Source of the DNA: Akkermansia sp.
Lineage (GTDB): Bacteria > Verrucomicrobiota > Verrucomicrobiia > Verrucomicrobiales > Akkermansiaceae
Length of the DNA: 64,000 nt
Reading direction: 5' to 3'
NCBI GenBank assembly: GCA_017415555.1
Contig: JAFQGF010000010.1
Coordinates: 1,272 to 65,271 of the forward strand
Within the stretch, counting starts at the first letter, position 1. Each line of letters starts with the position of its first letter. The position numbers and the translations under genes are program-made. Under the pieces are notes generated by a model, which did no database searches, was not told the DNA's origin, and was given only the letters and a program-made list of their open reading frames with translations. Shown piece by piece: positions 17,545-26,426 of the stretch.

Positions 17545-17565
17545 GGCATACCGCCTGGTTCTCAT

Positions 17566-17607
17566 AAAAAATCAACCGGGGCAAGGTTTTCCGACCCTGC
17601 CCCGGTT
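17566..17607 (-). terminator. Terminator of rpoA-rplQ
   Basis: AACCGGGGCAAGG/CCCTGCCCCGGTT stem with an A-run on the + strand side. Confidence 0.7.
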
Positions 17608-17632
17608 TGTATTAACTAGTTGTGTGCGAGAA

Positions 17633-18097
17633 TTACTTCTGCTCTTCGGCGGGAGCCTCAGCAGCGGGAGCCTCAGCAGCGGGAGCCTCCGTAGTACCGG
17701 TACCCACAGTAGTGGTGGGGGCCACGGGAGCAGTAAGCTGGGGCAGGTCGATAATCTCGATGAGAGCCATGGGAGCGCTGTCGGTCATGCGCTGACCGAG
17801 CTTTACGATACGGCAGTAGCCGCCCTGGCGGTCCTTAGTAGCCTCGGCCACCACGCTGAAGAGCTTGGTAACAACTTTGGGCTGGGGCAGAGTGGCGAGA
17901 GCCTGACGGCGAGCGTGCAGGGTGCCGGTCTTACCAAGAGTGATGAGCTTCTCCACATAGGGGCGCAGAGCCTTGGCCTTGGCCAGGGTGGTGGTAATGC
18001 GACCGTGGGAGATGAGGCTGCAAGCCTGGTTGGCAAGCAGAGCCTTACGATGGGAGGCCGTGCGCTGCAGCTTGGCCTTTTTGACGCCGTGTCTCAT
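17633..18097 (-). CDS. rplQ: 50S ribosomal protein L17 with an EAPAA-repeat tail
   Basis: MRHG....KL.R...HRKALL, ITTTLAKAK and GGYCRIVK. Confidence 0.97.
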   Translation of the reverse strand: MRHGVKKAKLQRTASHRKALLANQACSLISHGRITTTLAKAKALRPYVEKLITLGKTGTLHARRQALATLPQPKVVTKLFSVVAEATKDRQGGYCRIVKLGQRMTDSAPMALIEIIDLPQLTAPVAPTTTVGTGTTEAPAAEAPAAEAPAEEQK

Positions 18098-18153
18098 AGT
18101 ATGTACTAATAATGTATGGAGTTAATAATGAAGGGGTATATATCAGAGGTGCT

Positions 18154-19296
18154 TTACTCATCGAAATCGTCCTCGTCCTCATCATCGAAGCCGTAGGCCT
18201 CGATATTGTGGGAGATGAGAGCCTGCAGGTCGGTAGCGCGGGGCTCGTCTGCATCGCGCAGGCGGGGGCTGCTGCCGGGAGCCGACAGAAGCTTGGCATC
18301 GAACTGCATGCCCAGGGACAGGCCGTGCTGCACGAGCTTCTCCTTAATCTCGTTGAGGGACTTCTTACCAAAGTTGCGGTACTTGAGCATTTCGCTCTCA
18401 GTCTTCATGGCGAGCTGACCAACGGTGGTGATGTTGGCGTTGTTCAGGCAGTTAGCAGCACGCACGGAGAGCTCAATTTCGTTCACGCTCATGTTGAGCA
18501 GTTTGCGAAGCTGGGCGGTGTTGGCATCGGTATCGCCGCCGGAGGCGCGGTCGAAGGATACGCGGCGGCTGTCGCTCTCCACGAACACGTCCAGGTGGTG
18601 GCGCATGATGCTGGCGGCCTGCAGCATAGCATCGTTGGGGCTCACGCGACCATCGGTCCACACGTCGAGCACAAGCTTGTCGAACTCGGTCATCTGCCCC
18701 ACACGGGCGTTGTCCACAGCGTACTTCACGCGGGTCACGGGGGAGAAGATGGAGTCAATCGGAATCACACCAATGGGGCGATCCTTGTCGTTATTATCCT
18801 CGGCGGTGTAGAAGCCACGGCCCACGTTCACCTCAAAGTCGCAGTCAAAGATAGTGCTCTGGTCGAGGTGGCAGATAACCTGATCCTTGTTAACAACGGA
18901 GTAGATGTGGTCGTCCTGGATGTCACCGGCGGTCACAACCCCCTGCTTGGTCACGCGAAGGGAAAGCGTGCGGGGCTCCTTGCCGTGGTGGGCAAACTTA
19001 ATCTTCTTGAGGTTGAGGATGATTTCCGTCACGTCCTCCACCACACCGGGCAGAGAAGTGAACTCGTGCTGAGCACCGGCGATACGCACGCTGGTGATGG
19101 CGGCACCCTCCAAGGAGCTGAGCAGCACACGGCGCAGGGAGTTACCCAGCGTGTGGCCGAAGCCCGTCTCGATAGGCTCAGCAATGAATGTAACATGATT
19201 AGGATCTTCCGGGTCCTCAATGCGCTTGAGTGTGTTCGGAATCTCGAAATGGGCCAACTCTATGACCTCCTGCTCGTTGTTCAGATCGTCTGACAT
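18154..19296 (-). CDS. rpoA: RNA polymerase alpha subunit
   Basis: GFGHTLGNSLRRVLLSSL, GVVEDV, DSIFSPV, ELSVRAANCL and NFGKKSL; start MSDD at 19296. Confidence 0.97.
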   Translation of the reverse strand: MSDDLNNEQEVIELAHFEIPNTLKRIEDPEDPNHVTFIAEPIETGFGHTLGNSLRRVLLSSLEGAAITSVRIAGAQHEFTSLPGVVEDVTEIILNLKKIKFAHHGKEPRTLSLRVTKQGVVTAGDIQDDHIYSVVNKDQVICHLDQSTIFDCDFEVNVGRGFYTAEDNNDKDRPIGVIPIDSIFSPVTRVKYAVDNARVGQMTEFDKLVLDVWTDGRVSPNDAMLQAASIMRHHLDVFVESDSRRVSFDRASGGDTDANTAQLRKLLNMSVNEIELSVRAANCLNNANITTVGQLAMKTESEMLKYRNFGKKSLNEIKEKLVQHGLSLGMQFDAKLLSAPGSSPRLRDADEPRATDLQALISHNIEAYGFDDEDEDDFDE

Positions 19297-19393
19297 GATT
19301 TTTGTTTGGTGTGACCGGGTTTCCCCCCATGCGAGCCAGACTTCCTGAGGAAATGGAGGACCAACGGTCGGTTTTGTGCAGCTCGCGCGGCGA

Positions 19394-19422
19394 AGAATAC
19401 ACGCAATTGACTCAATTTGCAA
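19394..19422 (-). promoter_or_regulatory. Dedicated promoter for rpoA-rplQ
   Basis: Minus strand TTGCAA-17 bp-TATTCT followed by a GC-rich discriminator. Confidence 0.6.
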
Positions 19423-19551
19423 GCCTTTTTTACAAAAAATGTCACATTTTGTTCTGGTTTCCTATTATATCGGCGTTTTTGAACACATTTTTGTCTTCCT
19501 ATCAAAAATGAGAGCTTGCGTGCGCGCGTGGAAAGTGGTAGAGTAACGTAC

Positions 19552-20124
19552 ATGCAGACAATCATCACCAGCGCAGCCAGCCCAAAATCGCAACGCATCG
19601 AGAAAGAATGGTACGGCACCCCCATGGAGCCGCCGTATGTATATTGTTTTACACATTCAGCAGATGGGCTGGAGTTCTGCGCTGCGCGCAAGAAGCAGGC
19701 ACTGGTGCACCCGGATGGCGCGTGCGGGGCATTCCAGCCCGAGCTGTGGCGCTACGATGCAGCCGAGTTCTTCATTTCCACGCCGGATGGCAGCCGCTAC
19801 ATGGAATTCAACCTCAGCCCGAACGGCGCCTGGTGGGCTGCGGTTTTCAGTGCGCCGCGCCAAATTGCCCCCGGTTTTGAAAACTGGGTACCGGCAGGCG
19901 TGCTGGTCACGGGAGAAAACAAGGAAGTGGGCTGGTGCTGCCGGGCCCTCATTCCCAATACCGTGCTGGAGCAGGCAGGCATAGACCCGACCAACTGCAA
20001 ACTCACCGCTGCGGCCATTCTCAATTCCCCGGAGCAGGTATTCCTGACCACAGCCCTTCCCTGCGACACACAGCCGGACTTCCACCGCCCGGATTTGTGG
20101 GAATCGGCCGTATACGAAGCCTGA
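19552..20124 (+). CDS. Hypothetical protein, CBM9/DOMON-like
   Basis: ELW.YD.AEFFI, YMEFNLSPNGAWW and PDFHRP motifs; TTGCGT-17-TAGAGT promoter 7 nt before ATG 19552. Confidence 0.7.
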   Translation: MQTIITSAASPKSQRIEKEWYGTPMEPPYVYCFTHSADGLEFCAARKKQALVHPDGACGAFQPELWRYDAAEFFISTPDGSRYMEFNLSPNGAWWAAVFSAPRQIAPGFENWVPAGVLVTGENKEVGWCCRALIPNTVLEQAGIDPTNCKLTAAAILNSPEQVFLTTALPCDTQPDFHRPDLWESAVYEA

Positions 20125-20161
20125 TTCCTCATAACATATTCTCCGGTCCTCCCTGCTCCCC

Positions 20162-21055
20162 ATGAAATCCGCGAACCTACTCCCACTGCTATTGTTCCCT
20201 GCCCTGCTCTGCGGCTGCCAGAGCGGGCAGCTAGGCGACAAAGCAGCCTACATCAAGCACACCAAAGCACTGAGAACTCTCTTTCTCCCACTGAAGGAGA
20301 AAGAACGCCCCCTCATCATCCACCAATGGAAATACCATGGCAGCCTCTATACCATACGCGCATGCACAAGCAGAAGCATTCATGACTGGCTCGTAGAAGT
20401 ACAGCACCCGGATGGAAGCCACTACTGCCACAAGACTCCGCAGCCAGAACAGAGCAAGCGTCTTCGCGCTGCATCTGCCAACAAAATCCAGGTGACTTAC
20501 CGCCACATGGGCGAACAGCTCATCCTCACCCTGAATCATGAACACGGGGCGCAGGTTCGACTCCATGCTCATAACCTGGGTTACATGGCTGACAACGCCC
20601 CCACGGATTCCACTGCTACAGCCACCCTGACCCAGGCTGTGCAGCAAGGTGGGCGCATCTCCCTGAGAGACGATAACGGCAAAGAATACCGGCTCACAGA
20701 CTGGGAACAGGAAGCCATGAAACGCATTCTCAGTGGCGCCATCTGTCACCCCACGGCGTCACCGACCACACGCCGGGCTCTCAGCTTGTACAATAAAGAC
20801 GGGAAATTGCTCTGCGATCTCCCCCTCAGCGAATATTGGCTCAGCAACCACTGGTCGGCAGAACCGGGTATCCCCACCCTGCCTACTACCACCCTGCAAG
20901 GCAATTACCACCGCACCTATCTGCCCGCTTGGTGGAGCGGCGTCTGTCTCCGCCTCCATCTCACGCCACCCCGGCTGCCGGGCACCGATTCCAGGCGCAG
21001 CGGCCCAGGGACACTTTCTGCAAAACAGCTGGATGAATTGTTCAAAAATCGCTGA
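20162..21055 (+). CDS. Hypothetical lipoprotein
   Basis: MKS-hydrophobic-LCGC lipobox; long ORF filling the gap. Confidence 0.65.
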   Translation: MKSANLLPLLLFPALLCGCQSGQLGDKAAYIKHTKALRTLFLPLKEKERPLIIHQWKYHGSLYTIRACTSRSIHDWLVEVQHPDGSHYCHKTPQPEQSKRLRAASANKIQVTYRHMGEQLILTLNHEHGAQVRLHAHNLGYMADNAPTDSTATATLTQAVQQGGRISLRDDNGKEYRLTDWEQEAMKRILSGAICHPTASPTTRRALSLYNKDGKLLCDLPLSEYWLSNHWSAEPGIPTLPTTTLQGNYHRTYLPAWWSGVCLRLHLTPPRLPGTDSRRSGPGTLSAKQLDELFKNR

Positions 21056-21139
21056 TTTGTTAAAAAAATTGAAAAAAAATCAAAAAAGGGTAATTCGGGG
21101 CTTGAATTTGACAAGATGCGTGCTATACTGTAATCACGT

Positions 21140-23077
21140 ATGCATGGTGATTTAGAAAAACTCGTACAGGCCGGCAAGATTCCGGCCGACTTTGCAGCCA
21201 GGCTGGACAAATTCTCTCCCGCCAATTATGTAATGCACCCGGAGTGGGGCGTTGGCAAGGTAGAGGCATGGTCTCTGGCCAAGCAGCGCGTTAAGATTCA
21301 TTTCGAGAAAAATCCCAATTACGTGATGGGTCTCAAGCTGGCATTCAACCAGCTCACCCCCGTGCCCGCCGGGCACTTCCTCGTCACGTGTTTTGAAGAC
21401 CCCGCCGGCTGCAAAGCCAAGGCTGAGGGGAAGGAAACGATTCTGGAGTTCATCGCTTTCGTGCTGGAGCACAACTACTCCCTGCGCGAGGGCGTGGAGG
21501 AGGTATTGGAAATGCAACCCGAGGATTTGGAGAAGTTCCTCAGCGGGCGCGTGATTGCCGAAGAGAACTGGAAGAGCTGGTGGGAGAAAGCCCGCGCAGC
21601 CATGCGCGATGATCCGCGCTTCCGCCTGCCCACTAAGCGCGGTGAGGCCATCGTAACCCGCGAAGCCGCCAGTGCCGCCGAGGCGCTTCTGGCAGACTAC
21701 ACGGACGCCACCACCCTGGAGAGCTGCGTACGCATCCTCGACCAGACCCGTCTGGAGGTACTCAACGGCGAATACGAGATTGCTGCCAAGCTGGTAAAAT
21801 CCATGGAGGACGACATCGAGCGCGACCGCACCGAGCCGCAGCATGTGCTGGAACTCATCATCATCCGTGACGACATTCTGGAAGGAACCCACGGCAAGGA
21901 TGAAGCCAAGCAGGCTCAGTTCGATACTGCACTGAGTGCCGCCGGTGTAGAGAAACTCACCACCCTGGCTGACAAGCTGCAGACGATCCCGTCCGAGGAA
22001 CTTGTCACCTACATAGGAGAGCTCTCCATTGCCCGTCAGAATGCAGTATACGCTGCGTTGCCCGAGGCCTACCCGGACAGCTGGCTTGCCTACACCACCA
22101 ACATCTTCCTCTTCGGTGGAGCAAAGGCTACCAATGCAGCCGCAGACTTCATCATTTCCCGGGGTGCCAAGGAGCAGCTCTTTGCTGACATCATTAACGG
22201 TATCTCCCGCCAGAACCTCAGCCCCGATGTGCTCATCTGGGTATGCAAGGAGCGTAACGGGCTGGCCAAAGAAATGGTGGACAAGAGCAAGATGGCTCTC
22301 GGTGCCGCCATCATCGCCGCTATTGAGAAAGACAGCGCCGACGGCGGACCCAACAGAGCCCTGCGCCTGCGCAACCTCCTCATGGACGACAAGGAGCTTG
22401 CTCCCGACCTGGTAACCGGTATCTCCGAGCTGGAGGCTCGCCCCTTCGCCAAGTCCCTGTACGATTCCTCCGTCCTGCCGGATTTGGATCGCAACCTCCT
22501 GCTGGCCAACATGATGAAGATACATCCCTCCCTGCAGGAGGTCGTCCTTTCCCGCGTGCAGGTCAAAGAGAAACAGAACCTGTACGTCTCCCTGCGCTCC
22601 TTCGCAGCTCGTAAGGCCGAGTACGAGGACATCATCAACGTGCGCATCCCCAAGAACAAGCACGACCTGGAAATCACCCGAGCCGAAGGCGACCTTCGCG
22701 AGAACGGCGGCTACCAGGATGCCAAAGCCACTCGCCAGGTACTCATGCGCCGCTCCGAGGAGCTCTCCCGCCTGCTTTCCCAGGCAGAGCCCACGGACTT
22801 CTCCGGCGTCACCTGCAAAGAGACCACTATGGGTACTCAGGTTACCTTCGAAACCGACAAGGGTAAGAAAGTCGTCTACACCATCCTGGGTGCCTGGGAT
22901 TCCATCCCCGAGGAAAACGTAGTGCCCTACAACTCCAAGCTGGGCGCCAAGCTTATCGGCAACAAGGTGGGCGACAGCCTGCGCCTGCCGGTAGAGTTCG
23001 GCGGCGAGCAGGTCAAGATGACTATCAAGGCCATCGCCCCCGCTCCCAAGGCTCTCATCTTCCCCGACGAGGCCTGA
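21140..23077 (+). CDS. greA: Extended GreA/GreB-family transcription elongation factor (645 aa)
   Basis: C-terminal EGDLRENGGYQDAK, YTILGAWDS and S.LG..LIG.KVGD; ~480-aa N-terminal extension; strong codon bias. Confidence 0.9.
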   Translation: MHGDLEKLVQAGKIPADFAARLDKFSPANYVMHPEWGVGKVEAWSLAKQRVKIHFEKNPNYVMGLKLAFNQLTPVPAGHFLVTCFEDPAGCKAKAEGKETILEFIAFVLEHNYSLREGVEEVLEMQPEDLEKFLSGRVIAEENWKSWWEKARAAMRDDPRFRLPTKRGEAIVTREAASAAEALLADYTDATTLESCVRILDQTRLEVLNGEYEIAAKLVKSMEDDIERDRTEPQHVLELIIIRDDILEGTHGKDEAKQAQFDTALSAAGVEKLTTLADKLQTIPSEELVTYIGELSIARQNAVYAALPEAYPDSWLAYTTNIFLFGGAKATNAAADFIISRGAKEQLFADIINGISRQNLSPDVLIWVCKERNGLAKEMVDKSKMALGAAIIAAIEKDSADGGPNRALRLRNLLMDDKELAPDLVTGISELEARPFAKSLYDSSVLPDLDRNLLLANMMKIHPSLQEVVLSRVQVKEKQNLYVSLRSFAARKAEYEDIINVRIPKNKHDLEITRAEGDLRENGGYQDAKATRQVLMRRSEELSRLLSQAEPTDFSGVTCKETTMGTQVTFETDKGKKVVYTILGAWDSIPEENVVPYNSKLGAKLIGNKVGDSLRLPVEFGGEQVKMTIKAIAPAPKALIFPDEA

Positions 23078-23104
23078 TTCGACGCGCCATTGAAAGAAAA
23101 CTTC

Positions 23105-23134
23105 AAAGCCCTCCATTCGGAGGGCTTTTTGTTT
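23105..23134 (+). terminator. Intrinsic terminator after greA
   Basis: AAAGCCCTCC/GGAGGGCTTT followed by a T-tract. Confidence 0.8.
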
Positions 23135-23198
23135 CGGTGGCAAAGATCTCCAGCGCCCTCCGGATGAGTAGCCGACGCCCGGCAGAAAGAATACTCCA

Positions 23199-24182
23199 TC
23201 AAATTTGCGCGCAGAGGGGGCAGGCCTCGACAACATGATCCGGCGCAACTTCCACAAGCGGGGGGCGGTGCAACAGAGTCGCCCCGGTGCGCTCCAGGCG
23301 CTGGCAGAAGCGGCAGCCGGGCACAAAGTGGCGGATGGGAGCCACATGGCCGGGAATAGTGGGCAAATGGCTCTTACGGGGGTACTCCAGGCGAGGCATG
23401 GAGGCCAGGAGTGCCTTTGTGTAAGCATGGCGGGGATTGGCAAAGAGTTCCCGCACACCTGCGCTTTCCACCACACGCCCGGCGTACATAACAACAACTC
23501 GGTCACAATTCTGCGCAATAACGCCCAGGTCGTGTGTAATGAGTACGGCCGAGGAACCCATTTCTTCCCGCATCTCGCGGATAAGCGTCAGAATCTGCTG
23601 CTGAACAGTGACATCCAGAGCAGTCGTCGGCTCATCCGCAATCAGAAGCTCCGGGCGGCAGGCCAGAGCGATGGCTATAAGCACGCGCTGGCGCATTCCG
23701 CCGGACAGGGAATGGGGGAACTCATTCACCCGTGCTTCCGGGTCCGGGATACGGACATGATGGAGCATGTTGATAGCCTCCAGCCAGGCGGCATCCCGGT
23801 TCATTCCCCTGTGAAGCATGAGAGTTTCCGCAATCTGATCGCCAATGCGGTGCACCGGATTAAGAGCACGCATAGGCTCCTGGAAGATGACCCCGATTCT
23901 GCCGCCGCGAATTTCCTGAAGGCGGCGGGACTTCATCTGCAGAATATCCTCGCCTTCAAACAGTACCCGCCCTGACAGAATCTGCCCCGATGGGCGTGGC
24001 AGCAGGCGCACAAGGCTCATAGCCGTAACACTCTTTCCACACCCGCTCTCCCCCACAATGCCCACACACTGCCCGCGCGGAACCGTAAAGCTCACGTCAT
24101 CCACGGCACGCAGAAGCCCCACCTCGGAATCAAAAGCAGTGGTGAGGTGGTGAACTTCCAGGAGATTATGAGCGGACATCAT
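23199..24182 (-). CDS. Oligopeptide/dipeptide ABC transporter ATP-binding subunit (OppD/DppD-like)
   Basis: [31 protein letters not shown] and GCRF..R. Confidence 0.95.
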   Translation of the reverse strand: MMSAHNLLEVHHLTTAFDSEVGLLRAVDDVSFTVPRGQCVGIVGESGCGKSVTAMSLVRLLPRPSGQILSGRVLFEGEDILQMKSRRLQEIRGGRIGVIFQEPMRALNPVHRIGDQIAETLMLHRGMNRDAAWLEAINMLHHVRIPDPEARVNEFPHSLSGGMRQRVLIAIALACRPELLIADEPTTALDVTVQQQILTLIREMREEMGSSAVLITHDLGVIAQNCDRVVVMYAGRVVESAGVRELFANPRHAYTKALLASMPRLEYPRKSHLPTIPGHVAPIRHFVPGCRFCQRLERTGATLLHRPPLVEVAPDHVVEACPLCAQI

Positions 24183-24203
24183 AGCACTATCAGATGGTAA
24201 AAA

Positions 24204-26423
24204 TCATTTTTTTGCCGGGATGGGCACGTCAATTTCCATTTCCGGGAATGCTTTTCCGGCGGCACGGGACTCCAGAGTACGGCGTTGCTCTTCCTCGTCT
24301 ATCCAGTAGAGGTGACTATCCAGCGGGTCAAAGTAACGCGGCGGGCAGAATTTATACTCGCCATCCTCAGGCCAGCGCACCCAGCGCCACTGCGCAAAAC
24401 GCCAATAGGAGGTTGTCCACCCCGGCACCCAGCAGGCTTCATCGTGTATAAGCTGCTGTACCCGGTGGTGGGCTTCAACAGCCTCGGCTCGCGTGGCAGC
24501 GGTACGGCAGGCCAGAATGGCGGCATCCAGCTCCGGAGATGCCGTAGCAGTCACGTTGCTGGTACCTTTGGCCGGGGTTCCGTCCGCATTGTAGGCATAA
24601 CGGGACAGGAAGAAGAGCGAGGGATCCGGCATAATGGGCGAAAAGCTCCAGGAGAAAATGCCTGCTGTATAATTCTTATCCCTGAGGCGGGTAAAGAAAA
24701 TCGTATCGTCCATCTGCTCAAAACGCAAATCAAGCCCACATGCAGCTGCATCTGCCCGCAGCAGGTTCATACAATTGGCATAGAGGGGGTCTATTCGCGA
24801 GCTGACAACTACCTGCAGGCGTGTCCCATCCGGTCGGCTCAGGATACCATCCCCCCCTTCCACAGTATATCCGGCCCGGGCAAAATATTCTCTGGCCTTC
24901 TCCGGAGAGTAAGGGCGCGCCTTGATTTTACTGTTGGTGTATGGGCCGAAGCCCATGAAATACGAGCCCATGCGCTCGTAGTCTCCGCGGAAAATGGTAT
25001 TTATCACATTCTGGATATGCAGAGAATGCTGCATACCAAGGCGCACATTTTTATCATCAAAAGGTGGCCTGGAGCAATTGAGATGGAAACCGAAGCTGTT
25101 ACGCGGCCAGATATTGCGGAAATGCACCCGCTGAATATAGCCATCGTGCACCGGCTTTATCTCCAGTCCTTCATACCAGAAATCTGCATCGCGACCGGAC
25201 AACGCGTCCACCTCGCCTATGCGGAAAAGTTCGCGAGCCTTGCTCACCTCGGCCGTAAAGGAATATACCAGGCGATCCACATTGCAGCTGTAGCGCGTAT
25301 AGCGGCGCTTGTGCCCCCACCAGTTCGGCACACGCTCCAGGGTAATCTGGCGCCCCATAATCAACCCGCCCGGTGCCACTCGATAGGCACCGGTAGTCGG
25401 TGCCGGGCGCCATAGGTAGCGTGTGGGGTAGTCCGGCCCGAATTCCGCATAAAAACGCGTACAGCTTGCGGGAATAGAGGCATAGAAAGCCGCCGCCGGC
25501 TTAGGGTCCGGCAGAGTTACGGCCAATATACTGTTGCCGTAGATAGTGATACGCGAAAAACGGCTCAGATAAAAATCACCATAAAACGGCTCCGCACTAA
25601 AGGGGGAAGTTCGCACATACAGCGCCGTCACAAAATCCCGGGTGGTCAGCGGAGCGCCATTGGTAAAGCATGCGTCCTTGTCGAGGTGGAAATAAATAGT
25701 CCGCCTATCTTCCGACACAGCCCACTTATCCGCCGTGCCGGGAATTAGCTCACCGGTGCCGGGATGAATGCGCACCAAGGGGATGTCTATATCATCGTAG
25801 ATATAGCGGCGTGTGGCATTGTTGCTGTTGGGGCCGAAGGGACAGAGTGTACCGGGGAAAGAACGCTGCAAAGAAAGACGCAAAGTGCCGCCGCGTCTGG
25901 CTTTATCGCTGCCAAGCTCGGGCTGGCGGCCGCCATTTTTCCATTTAAGCTCAGGGGGCAAATCCCGGGCATCGCGGAACACCAGGTAATCCCCCAACCG
26001 CCTGCGCTCCCCCAGAGAAAGAGCCTGTTGCAGGGCTGCACGCCCACTCACCCGGGCAGAGTCCGCCGCGGAGGTACGAGGGCAACTGCTGAGTCTGCGA
26101 GCCAGAGCGGCCACGCACTCCTCCCGGCTGGTTTCCAGAGCCTTCTCCACATAATCCGCGTTGATTTTGTTCCAGCGCTGAGCAAAACCGCTGAACCCCG
26201 CAGGCATCGTCCATTTGCGGGCAAAGGCTGGCACATTTTCCTCCCGGGAAAATGCAGCAGGCATCGCCGCATCGGGTGGCGCTACCCACCCCGGGCCTGC
26301 GGAATCGCCCCCGCCATCGCACCCGGCACACAGCAACGCACACACCCCCACGCCGGCACAGGCAATACACCGACGCAGCGTGCTGAGAATGGCAGAATAC
26401 TTCTTAACGGAGGCGGAAAACAT
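24204..26423 (-). CDS. Family-5 extracellular solute-binding protein (YejA/OppA-like), probable lipoprotein
   Basis: A.RGGTL, TGAY, ITLERV.NWW and N..RPPF.DKNVR; CAGC lipobox-like sequence. Confidence 0.85.
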   Translation of the reverse strand: MFSASVKKYSAILSTLRRCIACAGVGVCALLCAGCDGGGDSAGPGWVAPPDAAMPAAFSREENVPAFARKWTMPAGFSGFAQRWNKINADYVEKALETSREECVAALARRLSSCPRTSAADSARVSGRAALQQALSLGERRRLGDYLVFRDARDLPPELKWKNGGRQPELGSDKARRGGTLRLSLQRSFPGTLCPFGPNSNNATRRYIYDDIDIPLVRIHPGTGELIPGTADKWAVSEDRRTIYFHLDKDACFTNGAPLTTRDFVTALYVRTSPFSAEPFYGDFYLSRFSRITIYGNSILAVTLPDPKPAAAFYASIPASCTRFYAEFGPDYPTRYLWRPAPTTGAYRVAPGGLIMGRQITLERVPNWWGHKRRYTRYSCNVDRLVYSFTAEVSKARELFRIGEVDALSGRDADFWYEGLEIKPVHDGYIQRVHFRNIWPRNSFGFHLNCSRPPFDDKNVRLGMQHSLHIQNVINTIFRGDYERMGSYFMGFGPYTNSKIKARPYSPEKAREYFARAGYTVEGGDGILSRPDGTRLQVVVSSRIDPLYANCMNLLRADAAACGLDLRFEQMDDTIFFTRLRDKNYTAGIFSWSFSPIMPDPSLFFLSRYAYNADGTPAKGTSNVTATASPELDAAILACRTAATRAEAVEAHHRVQQLIHDEACWVPGWTTSYWRFAQWRWVRWPEDGEYKFCPPRYFDPLDSHLYWIDEEEQRRTLESRAAGKAFPEMEIDVPIPAKK

Positions 26424-26426
26424 GTT

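Noticed and set aside
17649-17689. 15-bp tandem repeat in the rplQ 3' end
   Set aside because: Encodes the low-complexity EAPAA tail common in L17 proteins
21152-23518. Long antisense ORFs (788 aa opposite greA; also 47850-50084, 14689-15846, 18112-19293, 36586-37662, 41410-42465, 62127-63779)
   Set aside because: They lie exactly opposite well-identified, codon-biased GC-rich genes and show no motifs; they are shadow ORFs
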